A stretch of 64,000 nt of DNA, from the NCBI GenBank assembly GCA_963719225.1, contig CAVRAY010000001.1:2208001-2272000 (forward strand), given 5' to 3'. Made by a program: the position numbers and the translations under genes. This document shows, one piece after another, positions 6,950 to 16,776 of this stretch. This DNA is from Thermoanaerobaculia bacterium. Lineage in GTDB: Bacteria; Acidobacteriota; Thermoanaerobaculia; UBA5066. Position 1 is the first letter of the stretch; each line of letters begins with the position of its first letter. Below the pieces are notes generated by a model. It was not told where the DNA came from and made no database searches. It saw only the letters and a program-made list of their open reading frames with translations.

Positions 6950-8451
6950 GGATTCCTTGCTCCCCGGCCGTCGTCTGGAACGGCCGCTCTTACTCATTCG
7001 AAGAAATCCGCCGGTGGGCGAGTGAATACTCAGCCACCCTGGCTTCTCTCGGCATTCGTCCGGGCGATCGCGTCGCGGTGTTCGCGGAGACGTGTCCCGA
7101 GCTCGTCGCCGCTTTCGTCGGCCACCTCTCGTCGGGCGTCATCCACGTGCCCATCAACACGCGCTACAAGGCCGACGAGGCACGTCACGTCCTCGAGGAC
7201 TCGGGGGCGGCGGCGGTGCTGACGCAGGAGGGGGAAGACTGCCGCCAAGTCCTGGACGAGATCCTCAGAAAGCAACAGCCTCCAAAGCTGCGCGAGGTCC
7301 TTTCCATCGCTTCAGCCTTCCCCTCTTCCCCTTCTGAGAATTCTTTATCTTCCTCTTTCTCTTCGACGCCATCGGATGACGACATCGCGATGCTCATCTA
7401 CACCTCGGGCACGACGGGCAAGAGCAAGGGCGTCGCGCTGGCGCATCGCGCTCTCGAGGCCAACACGCGCGCGATGATGGAGCTCTGGCGTTTCACTCCG
7501 GACGACCGTCTCCTGCTCGCACTTCCGTTGTTCCACGTGCACGGGCTTTGCCTCGGAGTCGCGGGCGCGCTTCTCACCGGCTTCACGCTGCTACTCGAGG
7601 GACGCTTCGACGCGGCCCGGGTCGTGAAGGCGTTCGCGACCGAGGGCGCGACGGCCTTCATGGGAGTGCCGACGATGTACGTCCGCCTCCTCGAGCACCT
7701 CGAGGCTCATGCGGAGGGGGCTGAAGCGCTTAGCAAGGCGAGGCTCTTCACCGCGGGGAGCGCGCCGCTGCCGGCCGCCGACTTCGAGGCTTTCCGCCAG
7801 AAGACCGGCCACGCGATCCTCGAGCGCTACGGGATGAGCGAGACGCTCTTCACCCTGTCGAATCCCTACGAAGGCGAGCGGCGCCCCGGCACCGTCGGGC
7901 TCCCCGTCACCGGCTGCTCCGTGCGGCTCGCGGACGACGACGGACGCGACACCCACGAGGGCGAGCCGGGAGAAATCCACGTCAGGAGCAACGGGTTGAT
8001 GAGCGGCTATTGGGGACGCGAGGCCGATACCGCCGCCGCGTTCCGGGACGGCTGGTTCCTCACGGGGGACGTGGCGCGCCGGGATGCCGACGGGTACGTG
8101 ACGATCCTCGGCCGCAAGTCGGTCGACTTCATCAAGAGCGGCGGCTACAAGATCTCCGCCCGCGAGATCGAGGACGTGCTCCGCCGGCATCCGTCCGTGA
8201 AGGACGCGGCCGTCGTCGGCCTCCCCGACCGGGTCTGGGGCCAGCGCATCGCGGCGGCCGTCGTCCTCGTCGAGCCCGGCGACGCCGAGGCCGCGGTGAG
8301 GGCGTGCGAGGAGATCGGCGCCTTCGCCTCGTCGTGCCTCGCGGATTTCAAGAAGCCCCGCGACGTCCGCGCCGTACCCGAGCTGCCGCGCAACGCGCTC
8401 GGAAAGGTGCAGAAGCACCTGCTCGTGAAGACGCTCGGCGAGGAGCCGTGA
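6946..8451 (+). CDS. Acyl-CoA synthetase (AMP-binding, MatB/malonyl-CoA synthetase-like)
   Basis: YTSGTTGKSKG, LPLFHVHG, ERYGMSE, TGD, PRNALGKVQK; ATG overlaps livF stop. Confidence 0.85.
   Translation: MRIPCSPAVVWNGRSYSFEEIRRWASEYSATLASLGIRPGDRVAVFAETCPELVAAFVGHLSSGVIHVPINTRYKADEARHVLEDSGAAAVLTQEGEDCRQVLDEILRKQQPPKLREVLSIASAFPSSPSENSLSSSFSSTPSDDDIAMLIYTSGTTGKSKGVALAHRALEANTRAMMELWRFTPDDRLLLALPLFHVHGLCLGVAGALLTGFTLLLEGRFDAARVVKAFATEGATAFMGVPTMYVRLLEHLEAHAEGAEALSKARLFTAGSAPLPAADFEAFRQKTGHAILERYGMSETLFTLSNPYEGERRPGTVGLPVTGCSVRLADDDGRDTHEGEPGEIHVRSNGLMSGYWGREADTAAAFRDGWFLTGDVARRDADGYVTILGRKSVDFIKSGGYKISAREIEDVLRRHPSVKDAAVVGLPDRVWGQRIAAAVVLVEPGDAEAAVRACEEIGAFASSCLADFKKPRDVRAVPELPRNALGKVQKHLLVKTLGEEP
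7321..7343 (+). repeat. Dispersed TTCTWAGAA-core motif copy (intragenic)
   Basis: CCCTCTTCCCCTTCTGAGAATTC. Confidence 0.7.
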
Positions 8452-8454
8452 GCC

Positions 8455-9123
8455 TCAGCTCGCCCAGCCCATGTAGAGCATCACGAGGCCGAACGTGTCG
8501 ATGAAGCCGTGGGCGAGGACGCTCGCCCAGAGGTTCCGGCCGGAGAGAAGGTAGGCGGCGCCGAGGACGAGCCCGGACATGCCGGAATCCACCATTCCCG
8601 TCGGGCCCTTGTAATAGTGCCCGATGCCGAAGAGGACCGCCACGAACACCATCGCGACGAGATGGGCCGCGGCCGTTCCCTTACCGAGATCCGCGCCCCG
8701 CGTGAGGAGATAGCCCCGATACCCGAACTCCTCGCCGAACGCGGCCCACGTCCAGACGATGCCGAGCCACATGAGCGCGGTACCGAGATTTCCCGGGATC
8801 GCGGCGGCCCCCGCGGGCGCCACGATCGGAGGCCATACCTTCGCCGCCAGAGTCTCGACGACCTCGCCCAGGACGATCCTCAGCGCCGCCGCCGCAACGG
8901 CGATCAGAAGGATGCGGCCCCATGACTTCGGGCGGCGAAACGGCAGCGCCGACCAGCCCCCGCTGCGCACACGGAAAGAGACCAGCCCGAGCACGACGAG
9001 GATCGGGACCTCGTTTGGGACGACGTGAAACACGTTGTGCCCGATCACGATGGCGGAGCCGAAGAGAAGCTCGAGGCCGCTCACGACGCGTGAATCGGAG
9101 ATCTTCAGGTCGCCTGGGCTCAT
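8455..9123 (-). CDS. CPBP/CAAX-family intramembrane metalloprotease
   Basis: EEFGYRG, FGIGHYY, H..ID motifs. Confidence 0.85.
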   Translation of the reverse strand: MSPGDLKISDSRVVSGLELLFGSAIVIGHNVFHVVPNEVPILVVLGLVSFRVRSGGWSALPFRRPKSWGRILLIAVAAAALRIVLGEVVETLAAKVWPPIVAPAGAAAIPGNLGTALMWLGIVWTWAAFGEEFGYRGYLLTRGADLGKGTAAAHLVAMVFVAVLFGIGHYYKGPTGMVDSGMSGLVLGAAYLLSGRNLWASVLAHGFIDTFGLVMLYMGWAS

Positions 9124-9185
9124 GCGAGTCTTCGCGCGGGAAGTCGATGCCGCCCGGAGATAATCGACCCGTTCGAGGAGGATGA

Positions 9186-11150
9186 ATGCGACGTCTCGTC
9201 CCGGCCTTCGCCGTGCTCTCGTGTCTCCTGGCGACGCGCCCCGCGGACGCCGGCGCGACGGAGCCGTTCGACACCCTCTATGCGCGCCTGACGAGGTCCC
9301 GGGAGTTCCTGGGCGTCGCGATCTCTCCGGATGGGACGCACGTCGCGCGCGTGGAGCAAGTCCGAAGCGAGAAAGCTCATCGGGCCACACGGATCCTCGT
9401 GCAGGAAGCGCGGCCCGGCGCCCGGACGGCGTGGGTCACGGCGTCGCCCGACCGGTCTCCGATCCGCGAAGAACACCCGGCCTTTTCGCCCGACGGGAGG
9501 ACCCTCGCGTTCGTCTCGCACGCCGGCGGGGCGGCTCTGTGGGTCGCGCCGATCGGCGGCGGCTCCGCGACGCGGCTCACGAAGCTCAAGGGCGCGTTTT
9601 CCCGGCCGCGCTGGTCTCGCGACGGCCGGTCCCTCGCGGTCCTGGTCGTCGAGGATCCTTCCAAGGAGCCCGGCCCGATGGGTCCGACGGCGCGCGACGC
9701 GGGCGTGGTCCAGGAGCGGATCGACGAGCAACGCATCGCCGTCGTGGATGTGGGCACGAAAGCCCTGCGGTTCGTGTCGCCGGCCGATCTCTACGTCTAC
9801 GAGTACGACTGGTCGGCGGACGGAAGAGCCTTCGCGGCCGTGGCGGCGAAGGGCTCGGGCGACGACAACTGGTGGCACGCCGAGCTCCTCTCGGTGGACG
9901 CGGCCTCGGGCGCGACGCGGCTCCTGTGGAAGCCGCCGCTCCAGATCGCGAATCCCGTCTTTTCGCCCGACGGCTCCACCGTGGCGGTGATCCACGGCCT
10001 CATGAGCGATTTCGGCTCGACGGGGGGCGACGTCACTGTCGTGCCGGCGGCGGGGGGCACGGCGCGAAACCTGACTCCCGGACGGCGCGCTTCCGCGGGT
10101 TCCCTGGCCTGGCCGTCCGCGTCCCGACTTCTCGTGACGGAGCTCGCCGGCGAGGCCACGTCGGTCGTGGCCGTCGATCCGGTGACCGGAACGGCCCGGG
10201 TGCTCTTCTCGGGACACGAGACGCTCTCGGCTGGCCACGGCCTGGGCCTCGCGCTCTCGCGCGACGGAGCGGCCTCGGCGGTGATTCGCGAGTCGTTCGA
10301 GTCTCCTCCCGAGGTGTGGACCGGCCCGATCGGCTCGTGGACCCGCCTCACCGAGGACAACGCGGGCGTGAAAGCCGAATGGGGCCCCGCCGCGAGCGTC
10401 CGCGTCACGAGCGACGGCCGGACGGTCCAGGGGTGGCTCCTCCCGCCCCCGCGTCTCGACGCCAGGGAAAAGCACCCGCTCGCGGTCGTCGTGCACGGAG
10501 GTCCCGCCTCGGCGCACCGAAACAGCTGGCCGCCGCCGCTCGTCGGCGCGCTCGCCGCGCGCGGATATTTCGTGTTCCTGCCGAATCCGCGCGGGAGCTT
10601 CGGGCAGGGCGAAGCGTTCACGGCGGCGAACGTGAAGGATTTCGGAGGCGGCGACCTGCGCGACATCCTCGCGGGCGTCGACGAGGTCCTGAGGACGCGC
10701 CCGGTCGACCCGAAGCGGGTCGGCCTCTTCGGCTGGAGCTACGGAGGCTATATGGCGATGTGGGCGGTCACGCAGACGAGCCGTTTTGCCGCCGTCGTGG
10801 CGGGCGCGGGCATCGTGAACTGGCAGAGCTATTACGGCCAGAACCGCATCGACAGCTGGATGCTCCCCTATTTCGGGGCCTCGGTCTACGACGATCCCGC
10901 GATCTACGCGCAAAGCTCACCCATCACTTTCATCAAGAACGTGAAGACGCCGGTCCTGGTTCTCCACGGCGAGCGCGATGCCGAGGTGCCGGCGCCGCAG
11001 GGGTACGAGTTCTGGCACGCGCTGAAGGCCCTCGGCGTCCCGACGCAGCTCGTCATCTATCAGGACGAGGGCCACGGCTTCTTCCGGGAGGAGAGCAAGA
11101 AAGACCGCGTCCTCAGGGTGCTGGACTGGTTCGACCGCTGGATGAAGTGA
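9186..11150 (+). CDS. S9 family peptidase (prolyl oligopeptidase/acylaminoacyl peptidase)
   Basis: Signal peptide, PD40 propeller repeats, HGGP, GWSYGG, D..V, EGHG. Confidence 0.92.
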   Translation: MRRLVPAFAVLSCLLATRPADAGATEPFDTLYARLTRSREFLGVAISPDGTHVARVEQVRSEKAHRATRILVQEARPGARTAWVTASPDRSPIREEHPAFSPDGRTLAFVSHAGGAALWVAPIGGGSATRLTKLKGAFSRPRWSRDGRSLAVLVVEDPSKEPGPMGPTARDAGVVQERIDEQRIAVVDVGTKALRFVSPADLYVYEYDWSADGRAFAAVAAKGSGDDNWWHAELLSVDAASGATRLLWKPPLQIANPVFSPDGSTVAVIHGLMSDFGSTGGDVTVVPAAGGTARNLTPGRRASAGSLAWPSASRLLVTELAGEATSVVAVDPVTGTARVLFSGHETLSAGHGLGLALSRDGAASAVIRESFESPPEVWTGPIGSWTRLTEDNAGVKAEWGPAASVRVTSDGRTVQGWLLPPPRLDAREKHPLAVVVHGGPASAHRNSWPPPLVGALAARGYFVFLPNPRGSFGQGEAFTAANVKDFGGGDLRDILAGVDEVLRTRPVDPKRVGLFGWSYGGYMAMWAVTQTSRFAAVVAGAGIVNWQSYYGQNRIDSWMLPYFGASVYDDPAIYAQSSPITFIKNVKTPVLVLHGERDAEVPAPQGYEFWHALKALGVPTQLVIYQDEGHGFFREESKKDRVLRVLDWFDRWMK

Positions 11151-11160
11151 GCACGGGCGG

Positions 11161-12144
11161 ATGTGGCTTTCGAGCGCACAGATCGCGACGCTCCTCTTTG
11201 CGCTGACCGCCGCGTCTTTCGGGCTCCTCGCCCTCACCCTGCTCGGCGTGGCGCGCGCGCGCATGCGGCTCGCGCTCTACGCGGTGCTCGCTCTCGGAGT
11301 CGCATCGCTTCTCGGCGCGCCGTTCCTGTTCGGACCTCCCACGCGCGACCGCGTCGAGACGAGCCTCGCCGTTGTCCTGCCCCTCGTGGCCGCCGCGTTC
11401 CTCTCGGACCTCGCCCGCGGCGGCCGGCGGACACGGGCATTCCTCTTCGCTGCCGCCAGCGTCCTCGTTCTCGCCGCCCTCGCCGAGCTCGCCGCGAGGC
11501 GGCAGGTCCTGGTCGTGGCGCCTGTCGTCTCTCCCCTCGGGGCCGGGTTCGTGCTCTTCACGGCGCTACTTCTCCCTCGCGTCGCCGAGCAGGAGAGGCG
11601 CCTCTTCACTCAGGCCACGACGGACCCGCTCACGGGCCTCCTGAATCGGGCCGCGTTCGAGGAGCGGGCGCTGGCCGAGCTTTCCCGCGCGAGCCGCACG
11701 GGACGTAGCCTCGCGATCGCGATGCTCGACGTCGATCATTTCAAGAAGTTCAACGACCGTTTCGGCCATCTTGCGGGAGATGCCGCGCTGACGGCCGTCG
11801 CGCGCGCCGTCGCACGGACGGTTCGCGGCATCGACGCCGCGGGCCGTTACGGCGGGGAGGAGTTCATCGTGCTCCTCGTGGAGGCGGACGCCGAGGCCGG
11901 CGTGCATGCCGTGGAGCGCATCCGAGCGGCCGTCGCGTCGCTCGGGCCTCCCCGGATTCCGATCGGCGTCACGGTTTCCGCCGGAGTCGCCGTCCATTCG
12001 GGCCTGTTCGAAAGGACCTCGTTCGAGTCTCTCGTCGCCCGCGCGGACGCAGCTCTCTACTCCGCCAAGAAGGCCGGCCGCGACCGCGTGGTCCTCGAGA
12101 CGGCTCCGCTGGCCGCTTCGCCGGCGGAAGTGCGCTACCGCTAG
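11161..12144 (+). CDS. Membrane-bound diguanylate cyclase (GGDEF)
   Basis: TDPLTGLLNR, DVDHFKKFND, GGEEF. Confidence 0.9.
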   Translation: MWLSSAQIATLLFALTAASFGLLALTLLGVARARMRLALYAVLALGVASLLGAPFLFGPPTRDRVETSLAVVLPLVAAAFLSDLARGGRRTRAFLFAAASVLVLAALAELAARRQVLVVAPVVSPLGAGFVLFTALLLPRVAEQERRLFTQATTDPLTGLLNRAAFEERALAELSRASRTGRSLAIAMLDVDHFKKFNDRFGHLAGDAALTAVARAVARTVRGIDAAGRYGGEEFIVLLVEADAEAGVHAVERIRAAVASLGPPRIPIGVTVSAGVAVHSGLFERTSFESLVARADAALYSAKKAGRDRVVLETAPLAASPAEVRYR

Positions 12145-13334
12145 GGGGCGAGGGCCCGCGCGAGGCGGGCGAGGCCTTCCTCGATCCTGGCGCGGGAGGT
12201 CGCGAACGAGATTCGCACGCAGCGGTCCTCGCCGAAGGCGATGCCGGGTGTCACGGCGACCGCGGCGGTGTCGAGAAGGGCCTTCGCGAACGTCTGAGAG
12301 CCCGTGACATCCTGCCCGCCGATTTTTCTCCCGTAATGGGCCGAGACGTCCGGGAACGCGTAGAACGCGCCCCCGGGAGCCGCGCACGTCACGCCCGGGA
12401 GAGCGTTCAGGGCGGGAATGAGGAACTCCCTCCTTCGCGCGTATTCGGCCAGCATGCCTTCCACGGCGGGCTGCGCCTCGTCGGGCCTCGTCAGCGCCGC
12501 CACGGCGGCTCTCTGCGTGATCGAGCAGACGTTCGACGTGGCGTGGCTCACGACGCGGCCCATGAGGTCGACGAGGGCCCTGGGGCCGAGCGCGAAGCCG
12601 ACGCGCCAACCCGTCATTGCGTATGTCTTCGAGAGCGTCCCGGCCACGAGGATCGTTTCGGGGAATTCCCTGGCCAGCGCGGCGGCGGAAAAGTGCTTCC
12701 CTTCGAACACGAAGCGGTCGTAGCACTCGTCGAAGAGGACCGTCCAGCCGCGCGAAGCCGCGAGCCGGACGACGGCTTCGATCTCGGAGGGTTCCATGAC
12801 GGCGCCTGTCGGGTTGTTCGGCGTGTTCACGATGAGCCCCCGCGTCGCGGGCGTCGCGGCGCGGGCCACGTCGGCCGCGGTCAGGCGGAAGCGGGCGCTT
12901 TCGGGAATCGTCACGAACACGGATCGCGCGCCGGCGAGCGTCACCATCTCGGGAAAGGAAACCCAGTACGGCACGGGCACGAGGACGTCGTCGCCTTCCT
13001 CGAAGAGCGCGAGGCAGGCCGTGTGCAGCGCCTGCTTGCCTCCGGCCGTCACGATGACGTCCGCCGCCGTGTACGGCGCGTCCCACGCCGCCTGGTAACG
13101 CTCTGCGATCGCCTCGCGCAGATCCGGAATTCCCGAGGCGTCCGTGTATTTCGTGAAGTCCGATTCGATCGCCTCGATCGCGGCGTGTTTCACGAACGCC
13201 GGCGTCGGGAAGTCGGGCTCTCCCGGGCCGAAGTCCACGACGTCGATTCCCCGGGCGCGCAGCGACGCTGCCGCCTTCATGACGGCGAACGTGGCCGAGC
13301 CCGCGACGCGGGAAGCGCGCGACGCGAACCTCAA
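12141..13334 (-). CDS. aspC: PLP-dependent class I aminotransferase (aspartate aminotransferase)
   Basis: GEPDF, PNNPTG, DECY, SKTYAMTGWRVG; TTG start overlaps upstream TGA. Confidence 0.85.
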   Translation of the reverse strand: MRFASRASRVAGSATFAVMKAAASLRARGIDVVDFGPGEPDFPTPAFVKHAAIEAIESDFTKYTDASGIPDLREAIAERYQAAWDAPYTAADVIVTAGGKQALHTACLALFEEGDDVLVPVPYWVSFPEMVTLAGARSVFVTIPESARFRLTAADVARAATPATRGLIVNTPNNPTGAVMEPSEIEAVVRLAASRGWTVLFDECYDRFVFEGKHFSAAALAREFPETILVAGTLSKTYAMTGWRVGFALGPRALVDLMGRVVSHATSNVCSITQRAAVAALTRPDEAQPAVEGMLAEYARRREFLIPALNALPGVTCAAPGGAFYAFPDVSAHYGRKIGGQDVTGSQTFAKALLDTAAVAVTPGIAFGEDRCVRISFATSRARIEEGLARLARALAP

Positions 13335-14512
13335 CGGCGCCTCAGGGTGTTCCAGGCAGCTCGAAACACGTGTGGTTTCCGCCTTCCGAACGCGATCATG
13401 GCGATCTCCACGCCGCACCAGCCCGCATAGACGCCGATCATCGCCTCGCGCGTGCCGGGGACGGCGAATTGAACCAACCAAAACACGAAGAGGATCGCGG
13501 CCTCGAGCGCACGCAGGTCCATGTTCACGAGGAGCAGCCACCCGAGAAAGCTCTGCAGGATCGTCAGGAGGATCTCCAGGCGCTGGTGCGGGTCGAACAC
13601 GATGGCCGAGGGCGCTCCCTTCGAGATCGAGTAGATGACCGGAATGAGCGCCGAGAGGATAGACCACTGATTGATCGTCGAGGAGACGAGGTTCATCACC
13701 GCCATCGGCGCTTTCGTGATCTGCCGCGCCCAGTTGAACGCCGAGAGCTTCTCCGGAAATTCCGAGAGAAAAGGCGCGACCCACTGGACGAAGACGAACT
13801 GCGAGACTCCGAACGAGACCGCGAGCGCGAGCATGGACTCCACGAACGAGTGCGCGGACACGGCGAGGATCGCGCCCCCGACCAGGAAGATGCCCGTGAT
13901 GGCCCACCCGCGCCGGCGGGGCCCCTGCGCGAGCGCCCAGCGGGACACGGCCGGGAGATCCTCCATTTCCTCGACGTCGCCCTCGCGCGGAGGCACGCGC
14001 AGGAGCGCGACGAGATACGCGGCGTAGCAGGCCGTGAGGATGGCGGCGTCGACGAGCCCGAGGCTGCCCTTCCACCAGATCACGCTGAACCAGAGGAGCG
14101 GCGGCAGAAGGCCCACGATCTCGATCGCCTGCTCGTCGTCGAATCTGATCGCGATCCACGTCTTGCGCTTGCCCGTCTTCCGGGCGAAGTACGCGGCCAC
14201 GAAATAAACGAGCGGCCAGCCGAGGCCCACGAGGAGGCGGATCGAGCCGGTGAAGTTCGCGATCGCGAGATGCACCTTCGCCGGGTCCTTCCCCGCCTCC
14301 CACGCGATGACGGCTTCCACCGCGAACTCGGGGAGCGTCTGGAGCCAGGCGAGGATCGCGAGGGCGAGGCCCTGGGATACGAGAAACTGGGCGGCCTCGG
14401 CCCCCCAGGCCACGAGGAACGCGGAAAAAAGAACGGACGGAAACGTCCACAGGGCGGTCAGGGGCGATGCTTTTGCGGCAACGCCGCCCGCTACCGGAAG
14501 CGTCAGCTTCAT
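13331..14512 (-). CDS. Na+/Ca2+ exchanger-like (CaCA) membrane protein
   Basis: Two alpha-repeat-like motifs QTLPEFAV and SEFPEKL; ~10 TM helices. Confidence 0.7.
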   Translation of the reverse strand: MKLTLPVAGGVAAKASPLTALWTFPSVLFSAFLVAWGAEAAQFLVSQGLALAILAWLQTLPEFAVEAVIAWEAGKDPAKVHLAIANFTGSIRLLVGLGWPLVYFVAAYFARKTGKRKTWIAIRFDDEQAIEIVGLLPPLLWFSVIWWKGSLGLVDAAILTACYAAYLVALLRVPPREGDVEEMEDLPAVSRWALAQGPRRRGWAITGIFLVGGAILAVSAHSFVESMLALAVSFGVSQFVFVQWVAPFLSEFPEKLSAFNWARQITKAPMAVMNLVSSTINQWSILSALIPVIYSISKGAPSAIVFDPHQRLEILLTILQSFLGWLLLVNMDLRALEAAILFVFWLVQFAVPGTREAMIGVYAGWCGVEIAMIAFGRRKPHVFRAAWNTLRRR

Positions 14513-14586
14513 TCGAGCGGGATTTAAGCACACCGATTCGCATCTCTGCCCGCTTCCGAGGAAGGCACTACACTCTCGGTCGCTCC

Positions 14587-15411
14587 ATGACGACGCGCAT
14601 CGACTCTTCCTCGAACCCGCGCATCGCCGCGGCGATCAAGGCCGTCGCAGCGCACGAAAAGATGCTCCTCGAAGGCACGCGAATGATCGGGGAGGCACTC
14701 GACGCGCGGGTGCGGATAGAAGATGTTCTTGTTCAGAGAGACCAAGAGGAAGAAAGGGAAAGAGAAGATTTTCTTACAAGGGTAAGAGGGGAAGGATCGC
14801 GCGTGAGCGAGGTTTCGGCGCGCGTCCTGCGAAGGCTCTCGGATCTCCCCTCGACGCGCGGCGTCGTCGCGATCGCGGCACCCCCCCTCCGTACGCTGAG
14901 CTCTCTCTCTTCGCTCTTCCCGTATTCACCTTCTAAGAAATCTTCCCTTTCTTCTCTCTTCCTCCTCCTCGACGACGTTCAGGATCCCGCGAACGTCGGC
15001 GCGATCCTGCGGAGCGGCGAGGCCTTCGGCGTCGCCGCCGCTCTCCTGACGCCCGGGTGTGCCTGGCCCTTCTCGCCGCGCGTCCTGCGCGCGTCGGCGG
15101 GAAGCGCGTTCCGGCTGCCTGTCGCGGCAGGCGTCGATCCGGCCGAGGCCGTCGCCTGGGCACGAGGCCACGGAATCGTCCTCGCGGGAGCGGCGGCTCA
15201 CGGTGGCGCGCCCCCCGCGGTCCTCGCCGGCGTCCGTCCGCTCGCGCTGGTGATCGGCTCGGAAGGCCACGGGATCTCGCCGGGAATTGCCGCGGCGCTC
15301 GACCACCGCGTCACGCTGCCGCTCGCGGGCCGCGTCGACTCGTTGAACGCCGCCGTCGCCGCGGGCGTCCTCCTTCACGTCCTGTCGCGTCCGCCCGCGC
15401 CCGCGCGTTAG
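14587..15411 (+). CDS. TrmH/SpoU RNA methyltransferase
   Basis: QDPANVGAILR, GSEGHG, SLNAAVA. Confidence 0.9.
   Translation: MTTRIDSSSNPRIAAAIKAVAAHEKMLLEGTRMIGEALDARVRIEDVLVQRDQEEEREREDFLTRVRGEGSRVSEVSARVLRRLSDLPSTRGVVAIAAPPLRTLSSLSSLFPYSPSKKSSLSSLFLLLDDVQDPANVGAILRSGEAFGVAAALLTPGCAWPFSPRVLRASAGSAFRLPVAAGVDPAEAVAWARGHGIVLAGAAAHGGAPPAVLAGVRPLALVIGSEGHGISPGIAAALDHRVTLPLAGRVDSLNAAVAAGVLLHVLSRPPAPAR
14764..14791 (-). repeat. Dispersed motif copy (intragenic)
   Basis: + strand GAAGATTTTCTTACAAGGGTAAGAGGGG. Confidence 0.75.
14929..14945 (+). repeat. Dispersed motif copy (intragenic)
   Basis: CCTTCTAAGAAATCTTC. Confidence 0.75.
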
Positions 15412-15471
15412 AATCGCCAATCGGCCGCGCCCTCCGGGCCGTCATCAAACGAAAAGCGAGGACCTCATCCC

Positions 15472-16206
15472 ATGCGGCGAAATCTCATCGCCTCCGTTCT
15501 TCTTCTGTCTTCGGCGACCCTGGCGCTCGCCGAGGAACCGGCGAAGCCCGCCACCAAGAAGGCGGCTCCCGCCAGGACCGGCTCCGCGAAGGCCGCCGGC
15601 GCGGCTCCCGCGACCGAGAGCGCCAGGACGCTCTACGCCATCGGGCTCGTGATGAGCCAGAATCTCGGACCGCTCAAGCTTTCGCCCGCGGAGCTCGCTT
15701 CTGTGCAGGAGGGCATCGCGGACGGAGTCCTCGGCCGCGCCCCCAAGGTGGAGCTCCAGACGTACGGCCCGAAGATCCGCGAGTTCGCGAACGCGCGCGT
15801 CGCTTCGGGTGCCGAAGCCGAGAAGAAGGCCGGCACGGCGTTTCTCGCGAAGGAAGCGGCGGAGAGCGGCAACGTCAAGCAGCCGACCGGGTTCCTCTAC
15901 AAGGAGATCAAGGCCGGAACGGGCGCCTCGCCGAAGGCGACCGACAAGGTGAAGGTCCATTACCGCGGCACCCTCACGGACGGCACCGTCTTCGACAGCT
16001 CGATCGAGCGCGGTGAGCCCGCGTCCTTCGAGTTGAACAGGGTAATCCCGTGCTGGACGCAGGGTCTGCAGCTCATGAAGACGGGGGGAAAGGCCCGCCT
16101 CGTGTGCCCTTCGGACCTGGCCTACGGCGACGGCGGCAGCCCTCCCAAGATCAAGGGCGGCGCGACGCTGATCTTCGAGGTCGAGCTCCTCTCGATCGAA
16201 AAGTAG
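15472..16206 (+). CDS. FKBP-type peptidyl-prolyl isomerase (FkpA/Mip-like)
   Basis: [34 protein letters not shown]. Confidence 0.92.
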   Translation: MRRNLIASVLLLSSATLALAEEPAKPATKKAAPARTGSAKAAGAAPATESARTLYAIGLVMSQNLGPLKLSPAELASVQEGIADGVLGRAPKVELQTYGPKIREFANARVASGAEAEKKAGTAFLAKEAAESGNVKQPTGFLYKEIKAGTGASPKATDKVKVHYRGTLTDGTVFDSSIERGEPASFELNRVIPCWTQGLQLMKTGGKARLVCPSDLAYGDGGSPPKIKGGATLIFEVELLSIEK

Positions 16207-16212
16207 TCCGCC

Positions 16213-16776
16213 TCAGAACACTTCGGCGGTGAACCGGAGGAGGCGGGGAGGGCTCGGGCCCTTCCAGCTCTCCTCCGGAAGGCCGGCCCTCAGGCATGCC
16301 TGGGACAGGATGCGCGGGCCGTCCCAGCCGAACGTCGCGGCATCCTGAGGCAGGACGACTCCGCGGCGTTTCCCTTTTTCGACGACGACACCATGCAGGC
16401 GCGAGTCGGGCCGGGAGAGAACGGGAATTTCTTCGGAGGAAGAGAAGATTTCTTCGAAGGTGGAGAGGATGGAGATCTCGGGCACGTAGCGCGGCAGCTC
16501 CCTGGCGGTCGCTGGAGGGAACCTCGGGTCGCGCAGGAGTGCCGTCACGGCGTGCTCCTCGACCTCTTCGACGAGCCCGCGCGCGGCCTCGGTCGTTCCG
16601 CTGCGCCCCCGCGGCCGCCCGTCCCTCTTCCACGTCACGAAGACGGGCGCGGGCCCCGCGAGCGCTCCGCTCGCGGGAATCTCCGGCCGCACCGGAGCGC
16701 GCAGTCCGATCGCGCGCGCCGCCGCCGACAAAGCGACCTTTCTAAGAATCTCTCTCTCTTCCTCCGAAAGCATCAT
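16213..16776 (-). CDS. AMMECR1-domain protein
   Basis: VFVTW, RDPRFPP, EISILS, GVVLPQ. Confidence 0.8.
   Translation of the reverse strand: MMLSEEEREILRKVALSAAARAIGLRAPVRPEIPASGALAGPAPVFVTWKRDGRPRGRSGTTEAARGLVEEVEEHAVTALLRDPRFPPATARELPRYVPEISILSTFEEIFSSSEEIPVLSRPDSRLHGVVVEKGKRRGVVLPQDAATFGWDGPRILSQACLRAGLPEESWKGPSPPRLLRFTAEVF
16737..16754 (+). repeat. Dispersed motif copy (intragenic)
   Basis: CCTTTCTAAGAATCTCTC. Confidence 0.65.

Noticed and set aside
12141-14543. 800-aa aminotransferase; likewise 6286-8451, 37830-39695, 57395-59245 and 57587-60145 as listed
   Set aside because: Over-extended 5' ends running through neighbouring genes; real starts were assigned downstream.
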